DNA of 64,000 bases, taken from the NCBI RefSeq assembly GCF_964204645.1, contig NC_134028.1, positions 23,370,345-23,434,344 on the forward strand, read 5' to 3'. The position numbers and the translations under genes are program-made. The notes beneath the pieces were generated by a model, which saw only the letters and a program-made list of their open reading frames with translations, made no database searches and was not told where the DNA came from. This DNA is from Tubulanus polymorphus. Its lineage: Eukaryota > Animalia > Nemertea. This document shows positions 1-13,660 of the stretch, piece by piece (position 1 is the stretch's first letter; the number at the start of each line of letters is the position of its first letter).

Positions 1-190
1 TTATCTATTGAAATATGGCAGCACCTGTCAAACATAGTGAAATATTAGTTACTAACGATACACCGCACCCTGGTTTAGACGCACTATAGTGGTATTCCTG
101 TTATTAAACACACTAGGGTGGAATTTTTAAAAATTTTCAAATTATCTCCAGTACTTTAGGGTATTAATTAGTCAGCACTGAAAGGGTTAA
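1..190. mobile_element. piggyBac-like MITE (truncated by window edge)
   Basis: Ends GCACTGAAAGGG-TTAA; closely similar to copies at 12036, 31922 and 49973. Confidence 0.85.
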
Positions 191-1244
191 AACTTCACCT
201 CTAATACTACAGTTTCGTTAATTGAAAATTTAAGAGTGGTTCTTATGTCTGAGAATGCGATTGCCTGAATATTTGAACTGTTTTTTTTGATCGCTTGTAA
301 CAATGGGTGTAAGTAATAAAAGAAAGCCAGCGACGCCTAATAATAGAAATATCCATTACAAGTGTTTCCATTGAGAATATCTCGAATTCGGATCGTCGTC
401 AGATTTTCTTGATTTCATTTGATTTATTCGATGATTATCTCGAAATGCGTGATACTTAATTCTACTAGATAAAAGATTTACACACATGACAATCATCAGG
501 TTCATGTTTGAACTTTGCTCTATGAAGCTAAATTAGATAAACTAAAAATTCAGATCAACTGGTGTACGGTTGTAAAACTGCATTTTAATGGCATGAAAAG
601 CGCGGTGCATTTTTTTGTTGTCGAAGTTTACTTTTAAGTCATGTGTTTCTATTATATATACGAGTTCAAGTTCGCTGAAATCGGTCACATGACAGCCACG
701 CGTTCGCTCAGTGATCACCGGTCTAATGGTCAAGTGTTATCACTGAACTGTATTTAAGGCGGTGATTTAGCAATAAAAGCTATACATAGAAACTCATCGA
801 CCACGTACGGACGATTGTTATCTCTACTTAGCTTTGCCCGACGTTAATTGTTCGGATCTTAGTTTCCCTAGATTGAACCCTGTTGTATTTAACCTCGCGA
901 CACGGCCACGGCCTTTTAAAGAAGTGTTGCCCGCACACTGTATTAAGTCACTCAGCGCAGTACAGAGAGTAAATGCAACAGCGTCACCCCCTTTTCCACC
1001 GAACAAATTAATTTTTCTTAGATTCAGTTTAGCTGAAACCATTAGTCTATAGGATACAGGGCCCAAGTCCTCACTTTGAAAATAAATGATATTTCTTTCG
1101 GGTTTTCTGTATTGTCGTTGCAACATTCGTCAGTCCAAGCCCTGTATTCATATGACATTAAAGCTAGAAACTTTTTACCCCCCCCCCCCCCCCGAACGAG
1201 ATCGGTTGGTCGTAGAAACTGAGTTTCATTTTTTCTTGCTTCAG

Positions 1245-4200
1245 GAAGAGGAGAACAAACAAACCGGCGCACGGCGATCGTTGCTGCGAACGTATTCGCC
1301 GCGTAAACCGAGCGGACTCATCGACAGTAAAGAGAGCATCACGTCGGACTCCGAACAGCCAAATAATACCTCACCAAAAACCAGCCGTTATCAGGTAATC
1401 GTAGCGTGTCCCACTACAAAGCGCTTAAAAATGCGTTCTTTTGTGCAGCACTTTTTGCAACAAAAGAAAACTAAAAGTTCATTGAAGCCTTGAAAAATGA
1501 CTCATTTTATTTCGTAATATTGTTGACAATAGATACTATATAGATATAGATTATATGATGTTAAGGGTCGTTAAAGTTATTTAGGGTTGAATATATCGAT
1601 AATTTTGTTTGTATTGTGAAGGGTAAATCATTTTTGGTGTGTACCAAAAAGAAAGGTAAATTACCTTGCGATATGTTAACACAGTGTCCAGAGCTGCCAA
1701 CTGTTCCTGATTTTCAGTATTTGTCACTAATTTATATTAGTTGAATACTGATTTGATTTGTTTGATGCATACAGATATGAAATATGTTACTGAAGTTCTT
1801 ACTGTTGATTACTGATTAGTTTGAACATTTTCTTACATATTTCGATGAAACGTTACCGAAAAAATTTCAATTTGTTACTGATAGCACTTTTCAGAGGTTG
1901 GCAGCCCTGAGTGTCGGTTTCGAATAGACAATGAAGTTTACTCAACGCAGGATATTTCCCATGTATCTGTTTGCTCATTGTCTAGTCTTGATACTCTCTC
2001 GATAATAAACAATCGCTGTTGTTGTTTTACAGTTTCAACGTCCCGGCTCCGATGTAAAGATGTTAGGAGAAATGATGTTCGGATGTATTCCGATGTCTTA
2101 TCGCGGTACGAGCCTCAAAGTACATTATATCAGGTACGAATAAATAAATAGTCTTTGCTTTGAGAGACGTTTTGGTCCATTATGCATATTCAATTTCACC
2201 AGTGAGTTGAAAATACATTCATTTCCGATTTGAATCTCGACCTTCTGTGCATAACCAGCTCTTGTTTCTACATTTTTACGCGCTATCCAGAATAAACTGT
2301 TCGTAAATGCTCTGTGTTTCTTAAATCGAGGGATATAAGATCGTCTGTTTATTTTATATGTTACGAGATAACTAAAACTGTTAGATATCCCGCATTGTTT
2401 GACCACATGCCGCGACCGTTTCTTTGAATTTCATGTTACTGTCGATTTATTCTAGGTATCCACCACAACTTGTGTTCACCAAAGTATTCGTGCCTTCAAA
2501 AACAGCTCGGGGTTCATCAGGGTAAGAAACACTACATTCACGGAAACTCAGGAAAAAAATCTAAAAAAATGTGGGAATTCGATGAATTTTGCGAAAAGCC
2601 TGGAAAACTCAGTAATTCGCGTAAACCATCGCATTTCCTTGTCAATACCTGATTCATGGAAAGTGAATTGATTCTAACATTTCAAACCAACATATTTTAG
2701 GGAATTTATTGTTTCGTGGAAAACTGGGGAACTGGAATTTTTAAATGGGGGAAGCAGTCAACTTTTCTAGTGAACTCGATAGAAATTCAGTTTGCACTTG
2801 AATACTGTGGGGAATTTGAATTTCATTTTGGCACCACGGTTAGAAAAAGGTCTTGCCCTGTTGGTATACTCAAAAATAAGATGGTTCGATTGGAACACGT
2901 AGGGTTCTACTGACTATGAGCTTTATCTTTCACATTTCAGGGAAGTAGATCTTTACGATTCTTGTAGTTTACAAAGTCTATCGTGTAGCGATTGTTCATC
3001 AGCGCGTCAAATTACGTGCACTCAAAGAAATAATGTCGATATAGGTAAGAATCGGGCAGTAATAAAAGGATAATAGTTCATATTTCGAAATGATAACTGA
3101 TGAATAAATGTAATCATTGTAATCATTGCAGCTCGTAGTGTACCAGTAGATATGCCTAAACCGTACCGAAGTCACAACGATACCGATGACAGCGGTCTCT
3201 CTGGATCGCGTAAGTCTTCATTCTATTTAGCCTATACATATAGCTACGTATTCAGGATCCAGTTCCACAGTTTCGAGTTAGAGTTACCTCTGAACTGCAG
3301 TTCCGGGATACAGTCAGGAGTTAACTCCGAGTTAAAATTTCCAATGTAAAATTTCAACTTGACAACAGTTGAACTGGGTCTAGAAAGCTAAAAACTAAAC
3401 AACTTGAAAAAAAGTTTTGTCAGTTGTTTGAAAATTAGTTTCCGATTCTCTGTGTATTCTAGTGGCGTCGAGCGGCAGTTTTACACCGTTTCCTTCACCG
3501 GGAAATTCAAGTATTAATTCGAACAGTTATAACAGTTTACATCGCCGTTGGATACGCAGTCAGCAGACGTGTCTCGAGTTCGGCGTACGCCAGAGAACGG
3601 ACGACGGCTGCCATCAAACACCCGAGGTAAGAACGCCACACGGTATCCTTTACAGGGTTTGTAACGTGTCCTGAAAAGAGCACGCTATTGGAAAAAAATC
3701 AAGGATAGCACTTACTTTGTAGGTAAAATCCTGATAGTGCTGAAGAGTACTTACCCTGGTACTTTTTGGAGTCTCGATGTAATATGATGGAAATTTCTAC
3801 CAACGAATTTTATAAAATGTACTACGTCTTCCCAGTACATTTTGGTCAATATTATAAATGGCAGTTTCTTTCAAAATGAATTTTAGAATCGATTGGGGGT
3901 ACATCAACTTAATCGTTGATTTAGAAAAATGCCACAAACTTGGATTTATGAAAAAAAGAGCTGACTTTTCGACTTTGAAAAATGCCGACCCGACTTTTGC
4001 CTCTGCCTGACTTGTTCAAATCCAGCTTTTAGTTCCTTCACCGAGGATCCGATATACGTATCTAAATAATATAATAATAATAATATTTATTTCGCCATGT
4101 ACATATGCAGTATAAATGATATAGATTATAAACAATTTACATACATACGAGGCTGGATGCTTGGAAAGCCAATGGAGGCTGTGTCCCGTAGGGATCCAAG

Positions 4201-7200
4201 CACCCAGAAAAAAAGATCAAAATTTAATGAAATTAGGTAGAATGAGGGTGAAATGGAAACGCGAAATGGGAGTAATCTGTCCGCTGTAGAAGTTTTAGAT
4301 ACATAAACTGATCTGATTATACACGTACCAGGTAGTAGCTTTGTGATTCTATTCTACAGCCGATGCCAGCTAGTCAACGCAAACAGAAAATCGGCATCGG
4401 CGTCGTATTCGACCTGTTCGGCGAACGAGAGGAAGAAAAGAACACGAAATTTCAACAGTTCTTCTTTTCGCATATAACGCTATTCGAAGGTCACGTGGAG
4501 AAATTGAAATGTCAAATCGAACGCGCGATGAGCAACAAACGGGAATTCGTGCACATCGTTATGGAGGTCAGTTATTTCGCAATAGTGTCGATCTGATTTT
4601 AGTTGTGCAGGGTGACCACTGACCTGGAATTCCTTGAAAAATCCGGGAAAACGCTGGGATTTGACAAATTTTACCAAGATCCTGGACCCAGTTCCAAAGT
4701 GATGAGTTAGAGTTAACTCTGAGTTAGAAATAGTTCATTTTCGATGAGTTAACTCCGAGTCAAATCTTCACTCACAACTGTGGAACTGGGTCCTGGGAAC
4801 CTCAGAGCAATTCGGATAATGCTGTTTACTGTGTGTTTCTTTATCAGTATGTGATTCAATGAAAAATGAATAAATTGTAACATTTTAAACCTAGAAATTT
4901 CTCTGATTCACTCAGGGAATTTTGTGTAATCACATGGAAAAATCAGGGGATTCGTAAATGGGCGGAAAGTGGCCACCCTGTTGTGGATACACGGCCTCGC
5001 AGTAGGACAAGGTTATCGAAAATACACGTTTGTATTTCACGTTTAGGGATTGGATCGGTTTCGAACTGAAGTGTTTGATCTGTACACAGCGGCGAGGTTA
5101 CCGGATCCCGTTTGGCTCGGAATGATGTCAATTAGTGATAACAGACAAACGATCTGTCAACATTTTGTCAACGACTTCATAAACGTTATACAGAAATGTG
5201 ATACTAAATCGACTAATTTGTAAGTCTATTTTTCCTCACAGATGGTGAACATTCATAGCCCGGCAAAAGATAATTTGCATGGAGCAAATCAGTAGAATTA
5301 TACAAAATTGAATTTAACAAGGTGCCATCAATTTTACAAGCTTTGGCTTTATTTGGCATCCTTGCTGTTGTATTGGAATTATTTATAACCTATTAGACTA
5401 CTATTATATATTGTAACTTTTTTCTACGCATAACGTCTCGATGTTTATTTGTTATTTCAATTCATTCAATAAGGATATCAATCAATCAATCAAGATGGCA
5501 AAGATAATTTTAAGCCTTTACTTTTCTAATATAATGAACTCAAGTCTCAACGAGTTCCTCCTGTAGAGTTTAAAAGTCGGCGGAGTTTTGAATGACTTTT
5601 GGTCTAATTCTATAATGAGGTTTATGTGCGTTGTACACAAGGACCCAGTTCCACAGTTGTGAGTTAGAGTTAACAGTTGTGAGTTAGAGTTGTTAACTCT
5701 TGAGTTAAAGTTAGTTCATTTTCATCGAAAATAGACGAGATAACAAAAAATGTCTGCTATTCATCTCCGATGTGATTTAATATGCGTGTACTTCGTTTGA
5801 CTAAAACATGTGTTAATTGAACGTTGATTTTAATTACAGTTTTATCAGTACGTTGATTACCACGGTGCTGACGTATCATTTAGCGTGGGTACCGACTGTT
5901 ACTCCGGCTGGTGCTATACCGTCGCGTACATACCTCGATAAACATTCAGCCAAGTGGGTACGTATCACGTGAACCTCCGGTTCATACTGCAGAATTGATT
6001 TCTGGTCTCTGCGTCTGTCAAAAATTGAAATTGATTTCGCTTTAATTGTAGCTCGATGCTTTAGCCAAGTCGCATCCCTATAATCCATTATGGGCTCAGT
6101 TAAGGTAACTTATTATGAAATATATGCTTGGGGATCGAAACCAGATCGTTCGAACCCTGTACATAACTGTAGTGTCCCCGGGCAAGACACTTGCCTCATT
6201 GGCTCTCTCCACCCAGACCTGATAGATGACTCCTGGTGTAGCTGCTTGGATTTTTGCTTGGATCCCTAGGGAGAGATGACTGATTTTAAGTTAGAGATAA
6301 TTGGCTGGCATTATAATACGCATAAATGGATCACGGAATATCTGTTAAGCGCCTTATCATTATTTACTATAGGAGGAGGCAAAATGCTTTTGTCATCACC
6401 TCGTTATTAGCGCTAACTAAGCTTTATCATTATTACTATTATTGTTAATATTTCTAGGTGTTCCTGTTATTCAATAAAATGTAAAATCCCAATTTTTGAA
6501 AGACGTAAATGTTTACTCGAAATACTAGAAATATCTCAGGCCGTTTCAATCGCCCCTCTTCGGTGCACTCTAAACTGAAGAAGGGCGACAGGAACCACTC
6601 GAAATATTTCTAGTATTTCAAATAAACCTTTAGATAAAATATTACCCTAAAATAAATGTCTTTCAACAATTGTGGGATTTCGCATTTATTGTTTCATCTT
6701 TGTAATCTTACTCGATTCACTGTTGTTCAATGTTTGTTTTGACGTGATTTCAGTGATCTATACGGCGCGATCGGTTACCCATTGAAACTAGCGCGCACGG
6801 TCGTCGTCGGCAAGAAACAAGAACTCGTAAATAAAGTGTTGCGTATACTCAGTTATTTCATACGTTGCAGCGAGGTTTTCGAGTGTACGAAAAACGACAT
6901 ATTCCTCGACGCGGATGACGCGACGGACCGCGGCGCCGATCAGATCGGTTACCGCGGCGAAATGTCGCTGATCGAAGAGGAGTCGAATTCGGAGAATTCG
7001 AATCAAACGACGCCCGTTAAGACGCTCGGTTTGAATAAAGATTTACAGCGTGTTACGGAAGTGAGTAGTCCGGCGGGATCCGTACCGCTGTCTAAAACGC
7101 CCGACTCGCAAGTTGCAGACGTGAACGACGGCTCGGTCGTTCGCTGTCGTTTATCGACCGTCGATTTCGTCGAACCGAAAATCGAGAATATCGTTCACGT

Positions 7201-10200
7201 TCGTCGCTCGGCCGGCGATCGATCGGACGACGTCGTCGAAACAGAGACGGCGGCGCCACCGGTGGCGGCGAAGAAAGCGACGTACGTACGTCTGCCGTCG
7301 AAAGAGAGCAGCATCGTGAACGCGATGGAAGATTGCTTCGACGGCGAATGCGAAGCGAAAACGATCGACGACATCTCGTACGAGGACCGCGTTACGCAAT
7401 ACCTCGCCGAGTGCGAACAGTTTAAAGGATCGATGGATATACCCGACGACGATCCCGAGATATCGTCGTTTAGCGACAACGCCGAGTCGCGGCTGCGTTT
7501 CGGCGATTGTCGCGATGAACGTTCGAACGAGAAACCGGCGGCGACGTCGGCAGCGCGTTGCGACCGGTCGACGGAATCTCCGATCTCGATCAGCGATAAA
7601 CAATCGGATTACGTCGTTACTCCGACTCCGGAAAATATCGAACGTTTCGAAAGCTCCGATTGTAGTTCGTTGAGCGCGCCGACGACGGTGACGCCGCGTA
7701 AGGTGACTCCGAGTGCTGAGCTCGTCATGTCGTCGGAGAAATCGTCGACTCCGACTCCGGAGAATGTGAATAAAACTGTCGTCGAACACGACGCGAATCC
7801 GTCTGCAGCCGGCAGTGTTCAGACGTCGGAACAACCGCGGTCGAGACATAACAGCGGCGATCGGGTGTCGCGACAAGTCAGTAAAACCAGTATCCCAGGA
7901 CGCTGTAGGTGAGTGTGATTCTGTAAAATGATTCCACTACTGACCTGACCTGGATAACTTAATGAATTAGAAAAATCTAGAGAATAACCTGGGAAAACTC
8001 AGAGAATTTGACGAATTTTTGCCAAAAAACATGGAAAACTCAGAGAATTCCGATAATGCTTTAACCACGTGTTTCTTTACTAATATATGATTCATGAAAA
8101 ATCGATTGTAACATCTTTAAAAAACTAAAACATCTCACTTTCTCATTTTCATTCTCATTTTCTCGGTTTCATACGTAGATTGGAATTAACAACTCAGTTC
8201 AATTTCAATTTGAGTTAACTCAACTTTATACCAATCTATAAAACTGAACCGAGGGATCTTGTAAATGTGGATTGATGGTGGCCACTCTTCAATGAGCGAC
8301 AATTGCCTCATTTCTTCTCGATGTTGACTTAGTTCGTTACTATTTCTAGGTCAGTAACGCCGACTGAACTCGGACGAAGACGCCACGTATCGACGAATAG
8401 TGTCGAATCAGAGGTCTTCGATCCGTTCATAAACATGAAAGAAATCCAGATGCCCAGGTATAGATCAGCAGATATACTTCATACTCTAAAACGACGTCAG
8501 TGTTCTCCATATTATGGGAGTTTGAAGGGGCTGCATTATGACATCGTGGCTGCTGAAGTAGCATGGCTATCGATCCCCCAGAAATGCAGAAAATCTAAGC
8601 AAAATTTTGGCGTAATCTTGTAATTTTCACATTTGCTCAATATATTTCATTTCAAATCACTTATCGGCATTGATACAGTATTGATATCCACTATGGTAGG
8701 GGCAGAAGCAGAGCCTCCAACTGTTCCTGATTTTCAGTATTACTCTTTTATATCAAGAAATACTGACTTGATTTGTTTGATAGTGTGCAGAAATATGAAA
8801 TGTGTCACTGACTGTTTTACTGTTGATTACTGATTAATTTAAACATTTTCTTTCATACTTCAATGAAATGTTACTAAGAAAATTTGATTTGTTACTGATG
8901 ACACTTTTCAGAGGTTGGCGGCTCTGCAGAAGATAAATTTCATAAGGGGTGGCTAATTTTCAGAGGGATGGATGTGAAAATGAAAGGGGTGGCTACACAC
9001 CTCTAAAACCTGTTGTGGAGAACACGGGACATATTCTCAATATATGGTAATATGATGATTGATTTCAGATTCGAAGGTGAAAATGAAGTTCGATCGTTCG
9101 ATACAAATTTCGGACATTCGCTGATGGCCGGTTACATGGATCATTACGTGGCTGATTTTGTGCTGCACGGAACCAGTGAAACGTCGTTCTACGCGAGACT
9201 TCTTAATGATCTTAGTTTAAACGCTCAGGCCACGGTTCTAGATGAGACCGTTAAAGAGGCTGTGTGTATTGTGGCTAACTGTGATGACTGGTGAGATTTA
9301 TTATTATTAAACGTGATCAATGTTTTAAGGATGTCTTAATTTAATGAGGAACAGGGCTAACGGGGAAATATGAGGGAATTTCGGTACGTTGTTATGTACT
9401 GAGGTTCAGTATCTGTCGTTGATTTACAGGTCAGTGAAACTGATATCTAGTAACGGTATGAACGTGGAGAAAGTTCCCGGTATACGACAAACATCGTCTC
9501 AACTCGTCGGACATCTCATAGAATCAGTGAACGACATGTGGAAAATGAAAATGACTGCAGATTTTGTAAGTAAACATCGACGAATGCCGTTAGTTCCCAA
9601 GGGTGGACCGATCCACCCCTTCGAAATTTGCATGTGCCCTCCGAGAAGTCTGGAAAACATTTTGTGCAAAGAAAAGACTACAAATAATCCAAATGGGCCT
9701 GATAAGGGCAAGAAAAGCCCATGATTGTCTTAGATTTTCTGTGGGCGGGCCACTAGAACCCCCACCAATGTTTCGCTTGTAGCCCTCACATTGCCAAATC
9801 TGCCCTTTTCAATTAAGTTCCAATATCGAGGGCGATCCCATTCAAAGAATCCTAGATCCACCCGACCCTTGGTTCCAATCGAGGAAATGCATCCAGGAAA
9901 ATAATCAACTGCTTGTCAAAGGGTCTTGAGAGTGTGTTTTGATACTTATTAATCTTCATATCCGTGTGGTTTCTATTCTTTCACTCCGAGTGTATTCAAC
10001 TGTTTCTATTTGTTCACACAGTGTCTGATGCATTTAGAAGATCGACTGCAGGAGATTTACTTCAAGAGTCGAATGATCGCTGAATATTTACGCGACCAGA
10101 AAAAAGTCGATGTCGACGAAATGACGAAAATGTTGGGGTAAGAGCCGATTAGGAAAAAACTCTAGAATTTGATGAATTTCATGAAAAAAACCTGGAAAAC

Positions 10201-10482
10201 TCTGGGTATTCGGTTATTGATCACGTGTTTCTTTATCAATACGTGATTCAATGAAAAATTGAGTGAAATTTCTCGGATTCGCTAAGGAAATTTTGTGTAA
10301 TCACATGGAAAAATTAGGGAATTTGGAAAAGTGGCCATCCTGTCTGAGTAACGATTTGATTGTGTATGTATTGTTTCACGATGAATGGGTTTATGTTTTG
10401 TAGATTCCACTCAAGCGATCTCCAGTTGTTGTTAGCAGTGGCGCAAACACATTCCCCTGAACTAGCCTTCCAGCTGTCCTAA
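1245..10482 (+). CDS. FNIP1: Folliculin-interacting protein (FNIP1/2 orthologue), multi-exon, 5' exon(s) upstream of window
   Basis: Spliced GT-AG exons give FNIP motifs: [125 protein letters not shown]-terminal [14 protein letters not shown]. Stop TAA at 10480-10482; candidate polyA signal near 12626. Confidence 0.93.
1689..1909. mobile_element. hAT-like MITE with 6-bp TSD
   Basis: CAGAGCTGCCAAC...GTTGGCAGCCCTG flanked by AGTGTC on both sides; family copies at 8709-8926 and about 58132-58444. Confidence 0.85.
4608..4980. mobile_element. hAT-like MITE (CAGGGTGGCCAC TIR family) with nested Harbinger-like MITE (about 4684-4791)
   Basis: CAGGGTGACCAC...GTGGCCACCCTG with TTGTG duplicated. Related copies or fragments near 2540, 7935, 10150, 15540-15760, 48520 and 50833-51110. 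Inner GACCCAGTTCCA TIR family also at 3255 and 5641. Confidence 0.8.
6131..6450 (+). mobile_element. Degenerate tRNA-derived SINE
   Basis: B-box-like GTTCGAACC, GTGTCCCCGGGCAAGACACTT central motif, AAGCGCC..AGCGCTA tail ending in (ATT)-rich run. Confidence 0.55.
8709..8926. mobile_element. hAT-like MITE with 6-bp TSD
   Basis: CAGAGCCTCCAAC...GTTGGCGGCTCTG flanked by CAGAAG on both sides. Confidence 0.85.
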
Positions 10483-12035
10483 CGATGTTGATTCCATCCG
10501 ACACACATTGAAAAACAAGACGAATGCTTCCATCAATGAAAAAGAAATATCGTAACTATCCAAGGCATGCATAAACAAAATGAAAAAAATGCGTTTTTAA
10601 CGTAATAAAAGGATTGCAATACCGGTATATTTCATAAACATCATCGCGCCGTTCGAAAACATGAGTAAAAATTCATAATGTTCTTTATAAAATCGTTGAA
10701 ATAAGTCTAGTCTTTAGTTGATAGAATAATCGAGATGGATGCTAAAATGTAAATCAGAATCCTTTGAAGGACGATACGATCCTATCATCGATGAAACCTG
10801 GGTGTCTTTGTTGTTGCGGTGATGATCACTGTATTTTTTTCATTTTCATATGAATCGTTATAATAATTTGGAGTTGAAGGTCTGTTGTCTGTAACTGTTA
10901 CCTCTTTCACTCCTCTCTCTCTCTCCACTCCAGCGGTGTATATTTACATCAACGCATACTGATATTCTGTATTGATCTCTGCTGAACCTAGCGTAGAGTA
11001 GTCATGGTGTCATTCATTCATTGCGTACGCATAGGGTGCAATTTTGTATTAGAATGTTTGAAATAAATGTTTAAAAAGGCCGAAATTTTCGGGAAGGGAT
11101 ATTTGAAAAATTCAAATTCTAGGCGTACAAAATGAAAGAATGATCCCTATCCACGAGGATTAAAATAAGTAGATCCATTTACATTATCTATTCACCATCT
11201 ACATCTAGATTTAGGGGAATACTGAAAAATCTTCAAAGTTAAAATTTTCAGATGCTTGTATCGAATACGCTCCGAGATAATCTATATTTTTACATATTCT
11301 GTGACAGTTGGTCACGTTCACGATGTCTGCTTAAATCTTGTTTATATTGAATTAAAAACGTTCTTTTTGTTCTCTTCTGCCTAGGATAGGCTCGGCTTTT
11401 AAAATCGCGGTAGTGTTACGTGGGTACGGTAGATCTGGAGGTCGAACTTAATCCAGATTTAAATGAGCTTTCCCGGTAAGGCTTTAATGACACACGTATA
11501 CATGGAGTCTGCTCTCTACCCACTCTGTTGTAGACACTACAATCCCAGTGAATTGCACATTTGTTGATATATAATTTATCGTATACATACATTTTCTACT
11601 AATCATGTTTTAAAAAAAAAGCTTTTTCCTCTTTTTGAAACTGGGACTAAACATTTCATATCAATGTAATTTGATTTGTGCTTCATTTGCATTTACGATC
11701 GATCGATGTCGTGTATAATTAATCTACGAAGAAATCAGGGATAAACTACCTCTTCAGAGGAGGTACGCGCGAGTATGTGTTCGCATACGATAATCTTTAC
11801 GATGAAAACGCAAATCGTTTTTATGCAATGCAAAAACAGTAAGTCTTAACGCAGCGTGTAAAACTTGTATCAGTCGAATCGGTCTAAATCGGCTAGGTCC
11901 GAAAATTTCCGCCTCAAAATCGGATTTTCTAATAAGCGTGAACTCGCCTCGCCTCCTCGTTCACTGAAAACAGGCTCAACTTGTAGTATCAAATGTATGG
12001 AAGCGATTTAACCTAAACGGACATGTAAATGTTGC

Positions 12036-12319
12036 TTAACCCTTTCAGTGCCGACTAATCAATACCCTATAGTGCTGGAGATAATTTGAAAATTTTGAAT
12101 AATTCCAACCTATTGTGTTGAATAATGGGAATACCACTATAGTGCGTCTACACCGCGGCGCAATGTATCATTAGTTACTTATATTTCACTATGTTTGACA
12201 GGTGCTGCCATCTTTCAATAGAATTAATTACTAATTACACCAATACAGTGCGGTGTATTAGCAAAATCCATCACCGATTCATACACCGCACTGCGGTGTA
12301 GACGCACTGAAAGGGTTAA
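12036..12319. mobile_element. piggyBac-like MITE in FNIP 3' region, nested in a mariner-like MITE (about 11857-12431)
   Basis: TTAA-CCCTTTCAGTGC...GCACTGAAAGGG-TTAA; opposite orientation to the other copies. Confidence 0.9.
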
Positions 12320-13660
12320 AAAGATGTTTCTAATTTCTATTCGCCTAAATCGGATTTTTTAAAATGTCTGTGAACCCAACTCGTTCATAGTCGGGTGTTT
12401 TTCGATCCGACTTACACAAGTTTTACTGTAATACACACTCTGTAAAACGAGGTGCATGACAGACGAGAGTCATGCTTTGTTATATTCTCAGCAGGGATAA
12501 ATTGATAATATAATTTGTACAGCGTTGTCAGTTTGTTCCCGAGTGATCGTTTATCGTATTTTGTACAGAAAAACATTTGATTTAATATTTATTGAATATA
12601 TATATATATATATAGATTCTATGGAATAAAAAAATCGTAACTAAATAGTATGTAGATATTATTTTTTCGATCATCGAGAAGCGCATTCAACAATGGTTTG
12701 TAGTGGTGCGGAAAAGGTAGTACTTGTTTGTGGATTGCGGCCGTGATAGACATTTTAACTGCTCGACATGATTTGTCCAACCATCGATAGATTGACCCCT
12801 GTACACATGATTAAATGCCCGTTTTCATCCGAAATCGAATAAAAACAAATTCAGAATCATTTCTTTTAAAAAGAAGTGGCTATAAAGTCTTTATTAATTA
12901 AGAGAATAATTTCAAAAGCAAAAACGTTGGTAGAATTGGCAATGAAACGATTCACCCGCATCAGCAAAAATAGCGAGGTCAGATCTATATCACTCATGCA
13001 CTAGTACATGCTAATTGCCAAGAAGTGAGGGGCACTTTGATCTACACTATCACAATTACGAATGCCGTGAAAAATATTTTTGGGATAATTTGTGAATCAA
13101 AAAGTAGCACTTTTTTGGGCCTTAATTTATTATTAATTTATCATTTATTTATTAGGTACACATAAAATTTGAATTTTTCAACCCCCCTCCCCTCTGTACG
13201 CAAAATTGGCCATTTTTTCATATACATTCAGCATTACAGTACGCAATCGCACTGACCCCTCCCCTAATGCCTATGTAATAAATGAATGACCCCGAAGTAG
13301 CACTTAGCAGATTTGCTACAAACCCTATTCAAAGAAAGCAAAGAAAAACCGATTCATAAGCAAACAATGTTCTACTACCATACTAATAATCAACAGTTCT
13401 ATTATGAGGGTTCTAACAGATCAGGTAATACAAAATACCCAGATATTTCCCCGACCATTGACCACTCATTCCCTAATTATCATCAATGGGGGATGTTTCT
13501 CCTTAAGAGGTTCCTTATGCGCTTGTTACCTACAAGAACAAAAAGACACCAAAATTTCCAATTTTCTGACTTTTCCCCACAGGGAAAAATAAACCTGGAA
13601 TTCCGTCCCTGATCTGTAAAAGCCCTGTATTCTATACTTCTAAAAGAAACTTCTATCACG

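Noticed and set aside
1178-1193. Poly-C tract as a regulatory G-quadruplex
   Set aside because: Simple intronic homopolymer with no further support.
7151-7876. 241-aa Arg-rich antisense ORF
   Set aside because: Shadow of the CG-rich FNIP exon; no independent motifs.
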